Assembly: GCA_951406725.2 (NCBI GenBank)
Contig: OX597818.1
Span: 44,392,001-44,456,000, forward strand
Direction: 5' to 3'
Source of the DNA: Octopus vulgaris
Lineage: Eukaryota
DNA length: 64,000 bases
The notes beneath the pieces were generated by a model. That model was not told the origin of the DNA. It was given only the letters and a program-made list of their open reading frames with translations, and searched no databases. The position numbers and the translations under genes were made by a program. Shown here one piece after another: positions 53,906-64,000 of this stretch (position 1 is the stretch's first letter; every line of letters starts with the position of its first letter).

Positions 53906-55749
53906 TCTGGAAGCAATGTATGTGTATGTATTATATATGCATAACTGAGTCCTACTCCTAATTTCCTCTTTAAGATATCCCTACCATCTATAATCAGATT
54001 AAACTGCAGCTTTTCCTTAATATCACTCATCTTTCTCACTACCCAGAAACATTTCACTTGGTATCCAACCTTCATCCTTAATACTGTCCTCTCTACCCAC
54101 ATTTTATATTGATTACCCTACCCCTGATCCCTAAAATTCTTTCTCCTTCTCCACAACCATATGTCTCTCACTCTCCTTATGCTGCTTCTCTCTTCCCACA
54201 TATACTCCTGCAACCTACCCAATCACATGTCATCTCGCTCTCTCTTTCCCATCATTCTCCTGTCTACTGCATCATCATTACCCTTCTGCTGCTCTTCACC
54301 CCACCCCACCCTATCTCCTAATCTCTCCTGCCTCCCTCGCTCAATTCATATGCATTTACTACATTTACTCTTCAGCTCCATCAAATTTTTACAGTTGTCA
54401 CCTACTCTTCCTTACCTCTCCTTACCATTTCTTAACACTTGTTCTTCATTCATTATATCCATCCCCACACCCATTCCCTATCTCTCACTTTCTCCATGCA
54501 TTATTGTACACACCTACTTCTCTCCCCACTTAGTTCTACTCACCTTGTACTTTGAGGGTCCACTCTGACACTGCAATTTTTAAAAAATTTTTTGTTTTTA
54601 TCTCATCGCCACTACTTTTATCACTTTCTCCAATCATTCCAACACTCTCTTCTAAAACATGAGTAACCACGTGGCTGGTCTGAGGCAAGAAACTTGTCTT
54701 GCTCTGACCCCTTCACTCATACTTTAAGTCCTCACCTCTGAACATAAAGCCTCCTCTTTTGGCATTGCATTCAAAGTTTTGCAAGATACATGAAGGCCTC
54801 ACTAATGCTGCTGCTATGAAAAGAAAAAATGGCACCCAGTACATGCTGTAAAGTGGTTAGTGTTAGAAAGGGTATCCAGTCTTAGGATCCATTGGATCCT
54901 GTTAAACCATCCAACTCACACCAGTATGAGACATGGATGTTAAATAATGATAATGATGATTATGATGAAGCTGGGTGCACAATATTGACATAAGGGATTG
55001 TTACAGTTTAAACTATGATATAACTGAACTCTTGTTATATAACACAGAAAAAAGATTTTACGATTTGCAAGCATAAAAGTCACCTTCCACCAAACAGACT
55101 GTGAAAAATACATTAGCCTCTTAATTTTGAACACCTTATTGTACAGAAAGATACAGAATTTCTATCTCAGAATTATTGAATGTAATTAACTGCTACATCC
55201 TTGTACTTGAAAATATTTCATTACTCCTAGAAATAGATGAACTTTCAGAAGATAATTATTGGAATATTTATTAAGAGCTCACAAATTCCGCTGTCATGCA
55301 GGCAGCAAAGTGAAAAGAAAATGTTTGGAACAGAAACTAAAACTGCATTTAGAAATCTTAGGAAGAGGAACAGTTAAAAAATGAACTACAAATGAAATAG
55401 ATACAAATTTGACCCCACCCCACCAAACATTGCCCACAACATACACATATCTGTAACCTTAAAATAGAATGAAATTGGATCATATCAATGGCTCACAAAC
55501 ATAAAATAGCTCCCTTCTTGGATTTACTTCTTACTTAAGGAGCAACAGTTAGAATCTTCTACTCAAGATAAAAGTAATAAATTGAGTAACAGTATAAATT
55601 ATTCTTTTCAACAACTATGTAAAAAAACAATAACCTTAAACAGAGGCCTCCTAAAATGATACCAGGTAGTAACCCATTTTTAAAAACTTCTTTTTAAAAA
55701 CGACTTTTAGAGACCCCTTTCGAAGAATCTTGTGTTAATATGAATATAA

Positions 55750-57450
55750 ATGTTAGCTTATGCATCTTGCAGATTTTAGCATTCCTAGTCTTTGCTATAC
55801 TGACATCAAGCTCTTGGACCCTAAACCTTTATTTTAGCTTTAGCAGTTTCTATCCTAACACTCTCGGAGTGGTTGGCATTAGGAAGGGCATCCAGCTGTA
55901 GAAACTCTGCCAGATCAGATTGGAGCCTGGCGCAGCCATCTGGTTTGCTAGTCCTCAGTCAAATCGTCCAACCCATGCTAGCATGGAAAGCGGACGTTAA
56001 ATGATGATGATGATGATGATGTATCTCCTCTACTGATTCTACACCAGGAACTACTTAATCACCATCTAAAAGTTATCAGGGATATCCAGAGCTGAACACT
56101 AACATCAAAATGAATAGTAGGTGTCTGAGGAGAGAATCTTAATAAACACTTATCCGTGCACTAAATATTTCACTGGATACATTGCTGATCCTAACCTTGT
56201 TTAGAGAATCTCCTTGTATTGATTTAAACTCCTCTCATAACTTCATGAACTTACCTCAAAACTCTCAAGACTACAGAGCATGAAATCCTGTTGAAGGATT
56301 TATCCAGGTCAGAATATGAAGAGTAGAGTTGTTTGTAGTTGACAGCTTCTCTGACATTATTCTTACTAGAACTATATATATATTAATTGTGATTTCGTCT
56401 GATAGGAAGGCAAACTACATTGTATCAGCGATATTCAAGCTTTATTCTGTTTCTTAGTGGCCTCTATAATTGCCTTGAGTGAATGTATTCTCTTCAGATT
56501 TGCATTTTGGCATGGTCTGGAGGAAAGAGCTGTGTTATAGCCTTTACAAGCCCTCAAAGACAGGTGAGGTTGAGGTTAATATTCTGATTGAACTAATGCA
56601 AACCAATAGCTGCAGGAAAACATGATGTGTAAAGGAGAAATTCCCGTGAGGGGTAATTTGGAGAAAGAAGAGGAAAAATTGGATGTAATGGGAGAAAAGA
56701 CAAGTTGAAGTAGAACAATATCTGCCAGCTCAGAGGTACTGAGGCCACTATGGTAGAAGTAGAAAATGCAGAGAGAAAAGGCTGCATGTCTGTGGGCCAG
56801 AGGTTGGAGTAATTGAAATGACAGTAATTGAAATGACACTATCATTATCTTGATTAATTGAGCAATCAGTATAATGATTCCACAGCCTAAATTTCAGAAA
56901 CTACTTCTTATGTACTTTCTCTTTGCTTTGCCTTCAATTTCGAGGTAACCATTTAGAAAATGATCTCAACAGATGGTGTCTCTATTGGTTTTATCTAGAC
57001 TAAATTATTGCAATATCATTCACAGTCCTTATTCAACAACCTTCCATGTTCATGTTTCCATACTTCTTTCCATTTTAACATCACCAAAGAGGTAATAAGT
57101 GTGATACTTATGTTTCAGATACACTGCTTTCCAGTGAAATTCTGGTTCATGAAATGACTTGCAATCTAGAACATTCAAGCATATTATCTCATGTTGGATC
57201 ATTAGTTTTACAGTCTTCCTTGATGTCAACCTGAAGTTGCTAACACCAAATTAATGTTGGGGGAAGATTTGTAAGATAAGAACAAATTTAGTTAAACTCC
57301 AATGACTCATTGGTTTTCAGAAGTTTGTGCTCAAAACAGTAGATTTCTTGCATCAGAGAACAGTAAGCATTTTGATTCCTCTCAAATGATTGTACTGTGG
57401 AACTGCTTCCATGTGCACAAATTTACCCAGTTTCGTATTTCGTGACTTGT
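55750..57450 (-). mobile_element. Possible very old LINE reverse transcriptase remnant
   Basis: The minus strand near 56100-56155 reads VY*DSLLRHLLFILM, resembling the RT motif GVPQGSVLGPLLF. Boundaries are uncertain. Confidence 0.3.
55858..56021 (+). mobile_element. Retroposon family C, 5'-truncated
   Basis: Family C motif plus (GAT)n. Decayed copies also at about 8095-8390, 13325-13440, 47820-47940, 54810-54960 and 57630-57800. Confidence 0.82.
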
Positions 57451-57536
57451 TCTTTGAGATTCTAACTTGGAGATATTTTGTGCAAGGGCTTTTTAGAACC
57501 TGTCCATTTTTGTTCATCTATTAATCTAGAAAACTG

Positions 57537-57585
57537 TCATCATCGTCGTCATCATCATCATCATCATCATCATCACAATCATCAC

Positions 57586-57636
<51 letters not shown>
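57537..57636. repeat. (CAT)n microsatellite (expanded family C tail)
   Basis: Seen directly. Confidence 0.95.
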
Positions 57637-58576
57637 TTAATGTTCGCCGTCCATGCTGGCATTGATATGATAATTTGACAGGGAACCAGCAAGCTGTGGG
57701 GCTGTGTCAAGCTCCAGTATCATCCTTGACATGGTTTCTGTGATTTGATGCCCTTCATAATGCCAAGCACTTTACAGAGCGTACTCAGTGCTTTTCTCAT
57801 GCCAGCAGCCCTACAGCTTTACAGGATTCTTTACTGCATTCTTCTTTCATGCCATGATTGAACATACTATTATTGTAGCACTCATTAATCTGAGTCTAAT
57901 ATTCTATTACATATTCTGGCTACTTCAATAATTCCATTTACCATGTTTCTGCTAAAAGTATACTTGCACCACCTATATGTATTTCCTTTTAGTGATGTAT
58001 GAACTAAGAATATACACTAAATATATAATTATAGTTTGAAAGCAGTGTTTTCTGCACATATACAAGAAAACTGTAAATACAAGAAAATTGTAAAAGTAAA
58101 TCAAAATGCTTCTCACTGGAGTTTTATTAATTTTTTACACTTTATTTAAAAGCATAAACACATATCCATGGACATATGCGTGCCTCTACAATTTATTAAT
58201 ACTGCCTCTTCAAAAAAAAATAATTTCTTAAAAATCTTGATATATGTATCTATTCTGTGTGCATATAACTATGTGTGCATGCATGCACATACACACACAC
58301 ACACATGCTCTTTCATACTGAAATACATTGTTACTTAATTATAAAACGTATATGCACTCTCATACTTGCACATATAATCAATAAGTCTGGAAATATTCTA
58401 AAATTAAATTCAAGGAACAATAACAATATAATTACATAATGAAACAGAAAATAATTAGCAATAACATGAAATTACAAATTAACTATATTTTTTTCCTATC
58501 TTTACCGAAACACAAACCTATACTTATCTAGATACGTTAACGTTAACTTCGTCACTAGAAACAAACTTCATTTATT

Positions 58577-58668
58577 CTAGATTGTAAACATATCAACTAT
58601 TTTAGGCTCTGTGCACATCACTGTCACTAGATTGCACATAGATTGGATTTCATAACAATGTTCATTTT
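58577..58668 (-). CDS. Candidate alternative terminal exon (phase 1)
   Basis: Acceptor tttgtttttactgccttccgttggcttacag|AAAATG. Reads (E)NEHCYEIQSMCNLVTVMCTEPKIVDMFTI*. AATAAA follows the stop and the downstream sequence is repeat-poor and AT-rich. Confidence 0.3.
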
Positions 58669-58999
58669 CTGTAAGCCAACGGAAGGCAGTAAAAACAAAA
58701 TTATATAAAACACATAGTAAAATGTTTAACCACACTTAGGTTACAGAAAGACAGCAAAGATTTGTAAGACTCAAGATGATCTCCATTGCACCCAGTAGCC
58801 AGTATGAGTTTCAGGGTCTTTACATATGCCTTTAACACTTCAACCTTTAGTTTTATAAAGCTGAACTGGAAAAGAATCACTAATCTCATCTAATTTGTAT
58901 TATGAAGCTATGTTTAGTACTGCATGGAATCTTCATTAGGTGAATGATTTTGATTCTAACATATACACACATGTACATGCATGCACACAGGCATGTGTG

Positions 59000-59040
<41 letters not shown>

Positions 59041-59043
<3 letters not shown>

Positions 59044-59443
59044 CACAGGAGTGGCTGTGTGGTAAGTAGCTTGTTTACCAACCACATGGTTCCAGGTTCA
59101 GTCCCACTGCATGGCACCTTGGGCAAGTGTCTTCTACTATAGCCTCGGGTCAACCAAAGCCTTGTGAGTGGATTTGGTAGATGGAAACTGAAAGAAGCTT
59201 GTCGTATATATGTATGTATATATATGTGTGTGTGTGTGTGTGTATTTGTGTGTTTGTCCCCCTAGCATTGCTTGACAACTGATGCTGGTGTACTTATGTC
59301 CCCATTACTTAGCGGTTCGGCAAAAGAGACCGATAGAATAAGTACTGGGCTTACAAAGAATAAGTCCCGGGGTTGAGTTGCTCGATTAAAGGCGGTGCTC
59401 CAGCATGGCCGCAGTCAAATGACTGAAACAAGTAAAAGAGTAA
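59041..59443 (+). mobile_element. SINE family A, full length (tRNA-like head, internal (TA)/(TG)n, ends actgaaacaagtaaaagag)
   Basis: A-box-like tggctgtgtggt and B-box-like ggttcagtccc; many homologues in the window. Confidence 0.88.
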
Positions 59444-59445
59444 TA

Positions 59446-59645
59446 TATATAAGAATTTTTTGCGTAATAAGATAAAAAACCAAGGCTGTATAGATATTAG
59501 AGCATTTATAGATAGAAGGTCTCACAGCTGTTTCTAGAATATTAATTAATAATAGAAACAGCTGTAAGACCTTCTATCTATAAATGCTCTAATATCTATA
59601 CAGCCTTGGTTTTTTTTATCTTATTATGCAAAAAATTCTTATATA
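59446..59645. mobile_element. Fold-back element with ~91-bp inverted arms, centred on a hammerhead 3' half
   Basis: 59446-59536 versus 59553-59645 is a near-perfect inverted repeat. GAAACAGCTGTAAGACC starts at 59555. Confidence 0.6.
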
Positions 59646-59779
59646 CACACGCTGACATAGAACCAACGTTAAACCCTTTATTCACATTATTACCGAATCT
59701 GGAACTTAACTATGGTCTGTCTATAGCACTTATTCAGCATTACCTTACACCTTTGGGTCTCAACGACACCATTATCTCT

Positions 59780-59816
<37 letters not shown>

Positions 59817-59858
59817 GAAAGAATGGAGTCGAACGACGATTTAACAAAATTCCTTTAT

Positions 59859-59939
59859 TCTCGACACATGTTTCGAAGACTGCATATTCTCAATTCCGAA
59901 GGAATAAAGGGTGCATTATGCCGTCTTCTCATCAGGAAA
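59859..59939 (-). ncRNA. Minimal type I hammerhead ribozyme (Penelope-like-element type), core intact
   Basis: Minus strand: TTTC-CTGATGA-GAAGAC..[insert]..GTCTTC-GAAAC-ATGT-GTC-GAGA. Both core boxes are present, with a 6-bp stem II, a short stem III containing the palindrome ACATGT, a GUC triplet and a 4-bp stem I. Confidence 0.7.
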
Positions 59940-60045
59940 GTCAAGGAACTTATGTCAGCATCATGATGAACAAAAACTTTTAGATGACTGCCCACACGGA
60001 GTCCATAGTAATAATCCATACTAGGATAATTCATTCAACTACTTA

Positions 60046-60086
<41 letters not shown>

Positions 60087-60120
60087 AGGTTTGGAGATGA
60101 TGTACAGGTATCATATATTA

Positions 60121-60317
60121 GAAGAAATAAGGTACTCAGAAATCTCGATGGTTTTATATTTACAGATATTTATTAATAGGTCACATGTCTTTAAAAATCA
60201 TACATTAGTGCTTGCGTCCACTCTAGTGGAGTCTTATGATTTATAAAAATACGTGACATATTAATAAATATCTGTAAATATAAAACCATCCAGATTTCTG
60301 AGTACCTCATTTCTTCA
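60121..60317. mobile_element. Long imperfect fold-back between (TA)n tracts
   Basis: gaagaaataaggtactcagaaatct...atttattaat pairs with attaataaat...agatttctgagtacctcatttcttc, with a central tccac-tcta-gtgga hairpin. Confidence 0.55.
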
Positions 60318-60736
60318 AATATATATATATATACAATCAATGGTATTTGTTTACTTTGAAGTTTTATCAGTACTGGTTTCTCAAATCATATCTATTATCA
60401 ATGATATTGATTAAAGAATCCAGTATCATTGATAATAAATATTATTTTGATCCGAGAATCAATAGGTCACATGTCTTTAAAAATCATACATTAGTGCTTG
60501 CGTCCACTCTAGTGGAGTCTTATGATTTATAAAAATACGTGACATATTAATAAATATCTGTAAATATAAAACCATCCAGATTTCTGAGTACCTCATTTCT
60601 TCAAATATATATATATACAATCAATGGTATTTGTTTACTTTGAAGTTTTATCAGTACTGGTTTCTCAAATCATATCTATTATCAATGATATTGATTAAAG
60701 AATCCAGTATCATTGATAATAAATATTATTTTGATC
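60175..60736 (+). repeat. Near-identical ~277-bp tandem duplication
   Basis: 60175-60452 matches 60461-60736 except for one TA unit; the spacer is cgagaatc. Confidence 0.9.
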
Positions 60737-60813
60737 AGCATGTTTAGAATACTCAAAGACACACACCTACAAAACAAGCGTTTTTTAGCATGCGTGAGTG
60801 AATGATATATATT

Positions 60814-60853
<40 letters not shown>

Positions 60854-60854
60854 T

Positions 60855-60939
<85 letters not shown>

Positions 60940-60957
60940 AAAGTGTGTATGTGTTTT

Positions 60958-61378
60958 TATTCTTTTATATGTTTCAGTCATTTGAACGTGGCCATGCTGG
61001 AGCACCACTATTAGTCCAGCATATCGACTCCATGACTTATTTTTTGTAGGCCTAGTACTTATTCTATCAGTTTATTTTGCTGAACCACTAAGTTGTGGGG
61101 ACGTATACACTAACATCAGTTGTCAAGTGACGTTGGGGGTACAAACACAGGGGCACAAACATATACAAACACATACATATACATACACACACACATACAT
61201 ACACACACACACACATACATATACGATGGGCTTCTTTCAGTTTCTGTCAACCAAATCCACTCACAAAGCTTTGGTTGGCCTGAGGCTATAGTAGAAGACA
61301 CTTGCCCAAGGTGCCACACAGTTGGACTGAACCTGGAACCATGTGGTTGGTAAGCAAGCTACTTACCATGCAGCCATT
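60958..61378 (-). mobile_element. SINE family A
   Basis: Reverse-complement match to family A. Confidence 0.85.
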
Positions 61379-61489
61379 TCTGTGCGTATAAAATAGCAAA
61401 GGAATTTCATAATAGAATAATTTTAGAGTGACTCCTTTGCATGTGAGGTTGGATTCTACATCCAACAATAGAGAGCTCAATGATATTTA

Positions 61490-61900
61490 GATAGTTTTTT
61501 TTTATTGCCAAGAGAGCCAAAACAAAGTCCTCCTAGCTGTGAGATGTGAGCCCTAAGTGCAGAAGATATGGAAAGACTAGAAAGAAATGAGGTGAGTATG
61601 CTTTTCTTGATGTGGCAAGTTAATGTGCATTAATAATGAAGTATAAAGGAGCTGACAGGCAAACTAGTTATCAGGGAAATCAAATATAGTGTGCAATGAA
61701 GGTATAAGTATGTGATGCAAATGGATGAAGACAGTTGTATAAGAGCCTAGTGCTGAAAGGGAATGTACACTATGGAAGAGGGAAACCAAAGAAGACTTGG
61801 GATGAGATGGCAAAGAATGATCTCAAGATGCTACATCTGGTGAGTAAGATTATGGAAGATTGTTTCAACATGGTGTTTCAAAAGAGTCAATCTCCCATGC
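61490..61900 (+). mobile_element. Decayed RTE LINE 3' fragment
   Basis: RLERNEVSML and GRGKPKKTWDEMAKNDLK; homologous to about 53480-53900. Confidence 0.7.
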
Positions 61901-62139
61901 TATTTTATGAAAATGCCTGCAAAAACAGTGATAAAAATACATCTTCTTCTGCCACTTACTGCCTATTCTATATCCACATGCCTCCTCACCTTCTCTTTTA
62001 TTCTCAGCTGTATCCTCTCCTCTTACAACCAATCTGCTCATCATACCAAACACCCTTAATTGAAGTGAAAGCATTTGACCATTTGCACACTGAATCCCCT
62101 GCTCCACCTGTACTTATCTCATGGATGTGCATGGCTATT

Positions 62140-62450
62140 TTTTTTATTGTTTGTTCCTTCTTGAGTCACACCTGGCTCATAAGGGCCGGTTTCCCGGTTA
62201 CCTTGGCTTATAGGTTCCCCACATGGACGGGACGGTGGTCCATCGTAGGTGAGCTGCAAGATGCAGGAGGAAAGAGTGAGAGAAAGTTGTGGTGAAAAAG
62301 TCAGCAGAAGTTCGCCACTACTGTCTGCTGGAGCCGCGTGGAGCTTAGGTGTTTCACTCATAAACACACACATCGCCCGGTCTGAGATTCAAACCCGCGA
62401 TCCCTTGACCGTGAGTCCGCTGCTCTAACCACTAGGCCATGTGCCTTCAC
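62140..62450 (-). mobile_element. SINE family D
   Basis: Reverse-complement family D head and body. Confidence 0.82.
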
Positions 62451-62451
62451 A

Positions 62452-62690
62452 ATGTGCATGGCTTAGTGATAGGAAGGTAAGATTGTGAGTTCGATTCCTG
62501 GACTGGGTGATGCATTGTGTTCTTAAGCATATCACTTCATTTCATGTTGCTCCAGTCCACTCAGCCTGTAAAAATGAGTAATCTTGTGACTGACCAGCGT
62601 TCTATCCAGGTGGGGCATTTACATGTCACAGAAACCAGAAAACAGACCCTTATGAGTTGGCATGACCCAAGAAGATAACTTTACTTTTTG
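62452..62690 (+). mobile_element. SINE family E, decayed, head-to-head with a family D copy
   Basis: Match to 9362-9590. Confidence 0.72.
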
Positions 62691-63002
62691 TTTTACTGTA
62701 CCTATCTTATACCCTTCTATTTCTTCTCCTACACACTGATCCTATGTATTCTGAATCCTTTCTGCCCTTGCCATCAATATCCTGCAACCCCTTCTTACTC
62801 TATTCTTCCTAACCATGATTCTTTAGTGGAGATGGGTGGGTTTGCCCTCTTGCAGTCTTTGCCCACATGCTCTGAGTCTTTTGTCACTATGCTCTCTTCC
62901 TTTCACCTTCTTGGGCATGTTACATTGAGAATATGTTCTGACACCTCCTTCTCCTCCACCTCCTTCTTCTCCTCCATGTTCTCTGTTATTCTCTCAAATA
63001 CC

Positions 63003-63183
63003 TATTTCTTTACTGCCCACAAGGGTCTACACACGGAGGGGACAAACAAGGACAGACAAACAGATTAAGTCAATTATATCGACCCCAGTGCGTAACTGGT
63101 ACTTAATTTATCGACCCCGAAAGGACGAAAGGCAAAGTCGACCTCGGTGGAATTTGAACTCAGAACGTAACGGCAGATGAAAA
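63003..63183 (-). mobile_element. 5'-truncated SINE family B with TSD
   Basis: TSD tattctctcaa(a/c)tacc on both sides. Confidence 0.88.
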
Positions 63184-64000
63184 TATTCTCTCAACTACCA
63201 CTCACGAAGACAATAAAACTGTTCCTTCCATTATACTGTAACTTTCAACGCCTCACTGAATCTCATCATTCTCCCATTCTACTTTGCAATGGTGGAGACT
63301 CCTTTCACACAGTGTGTTACAAAGCAATCTCTTTTGTGTAGGTGGAATGAAAAAAAGTATTCAGAAGTTCTGTGATGTGGTTGGTGAATCAAGTAGAGAC
63401 AATGCAGGGTTTTGAAAGGCTAGAAAACTTTGAAAGTGCAGATGCCAAGAAAAAAATGCACCCTGCATACTGTAAAATGGTTGGTGTTAGAAAAGGCAAC
63501 CATGCATAAAGCATAACTTGCTAGATTCTGTTGGATTGTCTCACCCATTTTAGCACCCACAAACACACACACACACAAGCATGCATGCACACACACACGT
63601 ATGCATGTACACACACACTGATACACACATACACACACACAAACTGCTCAAACACTAGAAAAGTTGCTGTGTTACTACATAGCCAATATATCATTGAAAA
63701 TATCTTAGTTACAGAATTACTAAATATTGAATATCCCCTCTACTTTGATCATACTTGCATTTACTGATAAAAAAATTCATCTGAACTGAGAAATCAAAAA
63801 GGCTTTAAATCAGAAATTATGATGGACAGATTAGGTTAATACAGCTGATTATTTCAATCCAAGAGACCGTTTCAATTTGATAATTACGAATAATAATTAT
63901 GATAATTATTTATGATTGTCAAATTCAAATACTTCCTTTCTATATAATAAATTTAGATAAATACAAAATAACAGTAATAAATCCAGCTGTAGAAACACTG

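Noticed and set aside
61735-62295. 186-aa ORF
   Set aside because: It is a chance read-through of an RTE remnant, unique DNA and an antisense SINE.

Overview
AT-rich, repeat-dense eukaryotic (animal) DNA. The SINE families, (TA)n/(CA)n density and TE mix look like an Octopus (coleoid cephalopod) genome; this is recognition from memory, not a search. There are no prokaryote-style genes, and almost all ORFs in the track come from microsatellites or SINEs. The window appears mostly intronic. A few small minus-strand candidate exons with good splice sites chain in frame (46463-46299, 38359-38309, 37984-37782), and there are possible alternative last exons; I could not name the gene. Repeats include about six SINE families (many with TSDs, some nested or tandem), a full-length decayed mariner, a mariner derivative with two 5' ends, hAT and piggyBac-like MITEs, a non-autonomous Helitron and RTE-type LINE fragments. 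The most notable unannotated signal is a set of fold-back elements in (TA)n/(AAT)n tracts carrying whole, half or decayed minimal type I hammerhead ribozymes of the kind known from Penelope-like elements. One of these (59859-59939, minus strand) has an intact core and an unusually long stem II.
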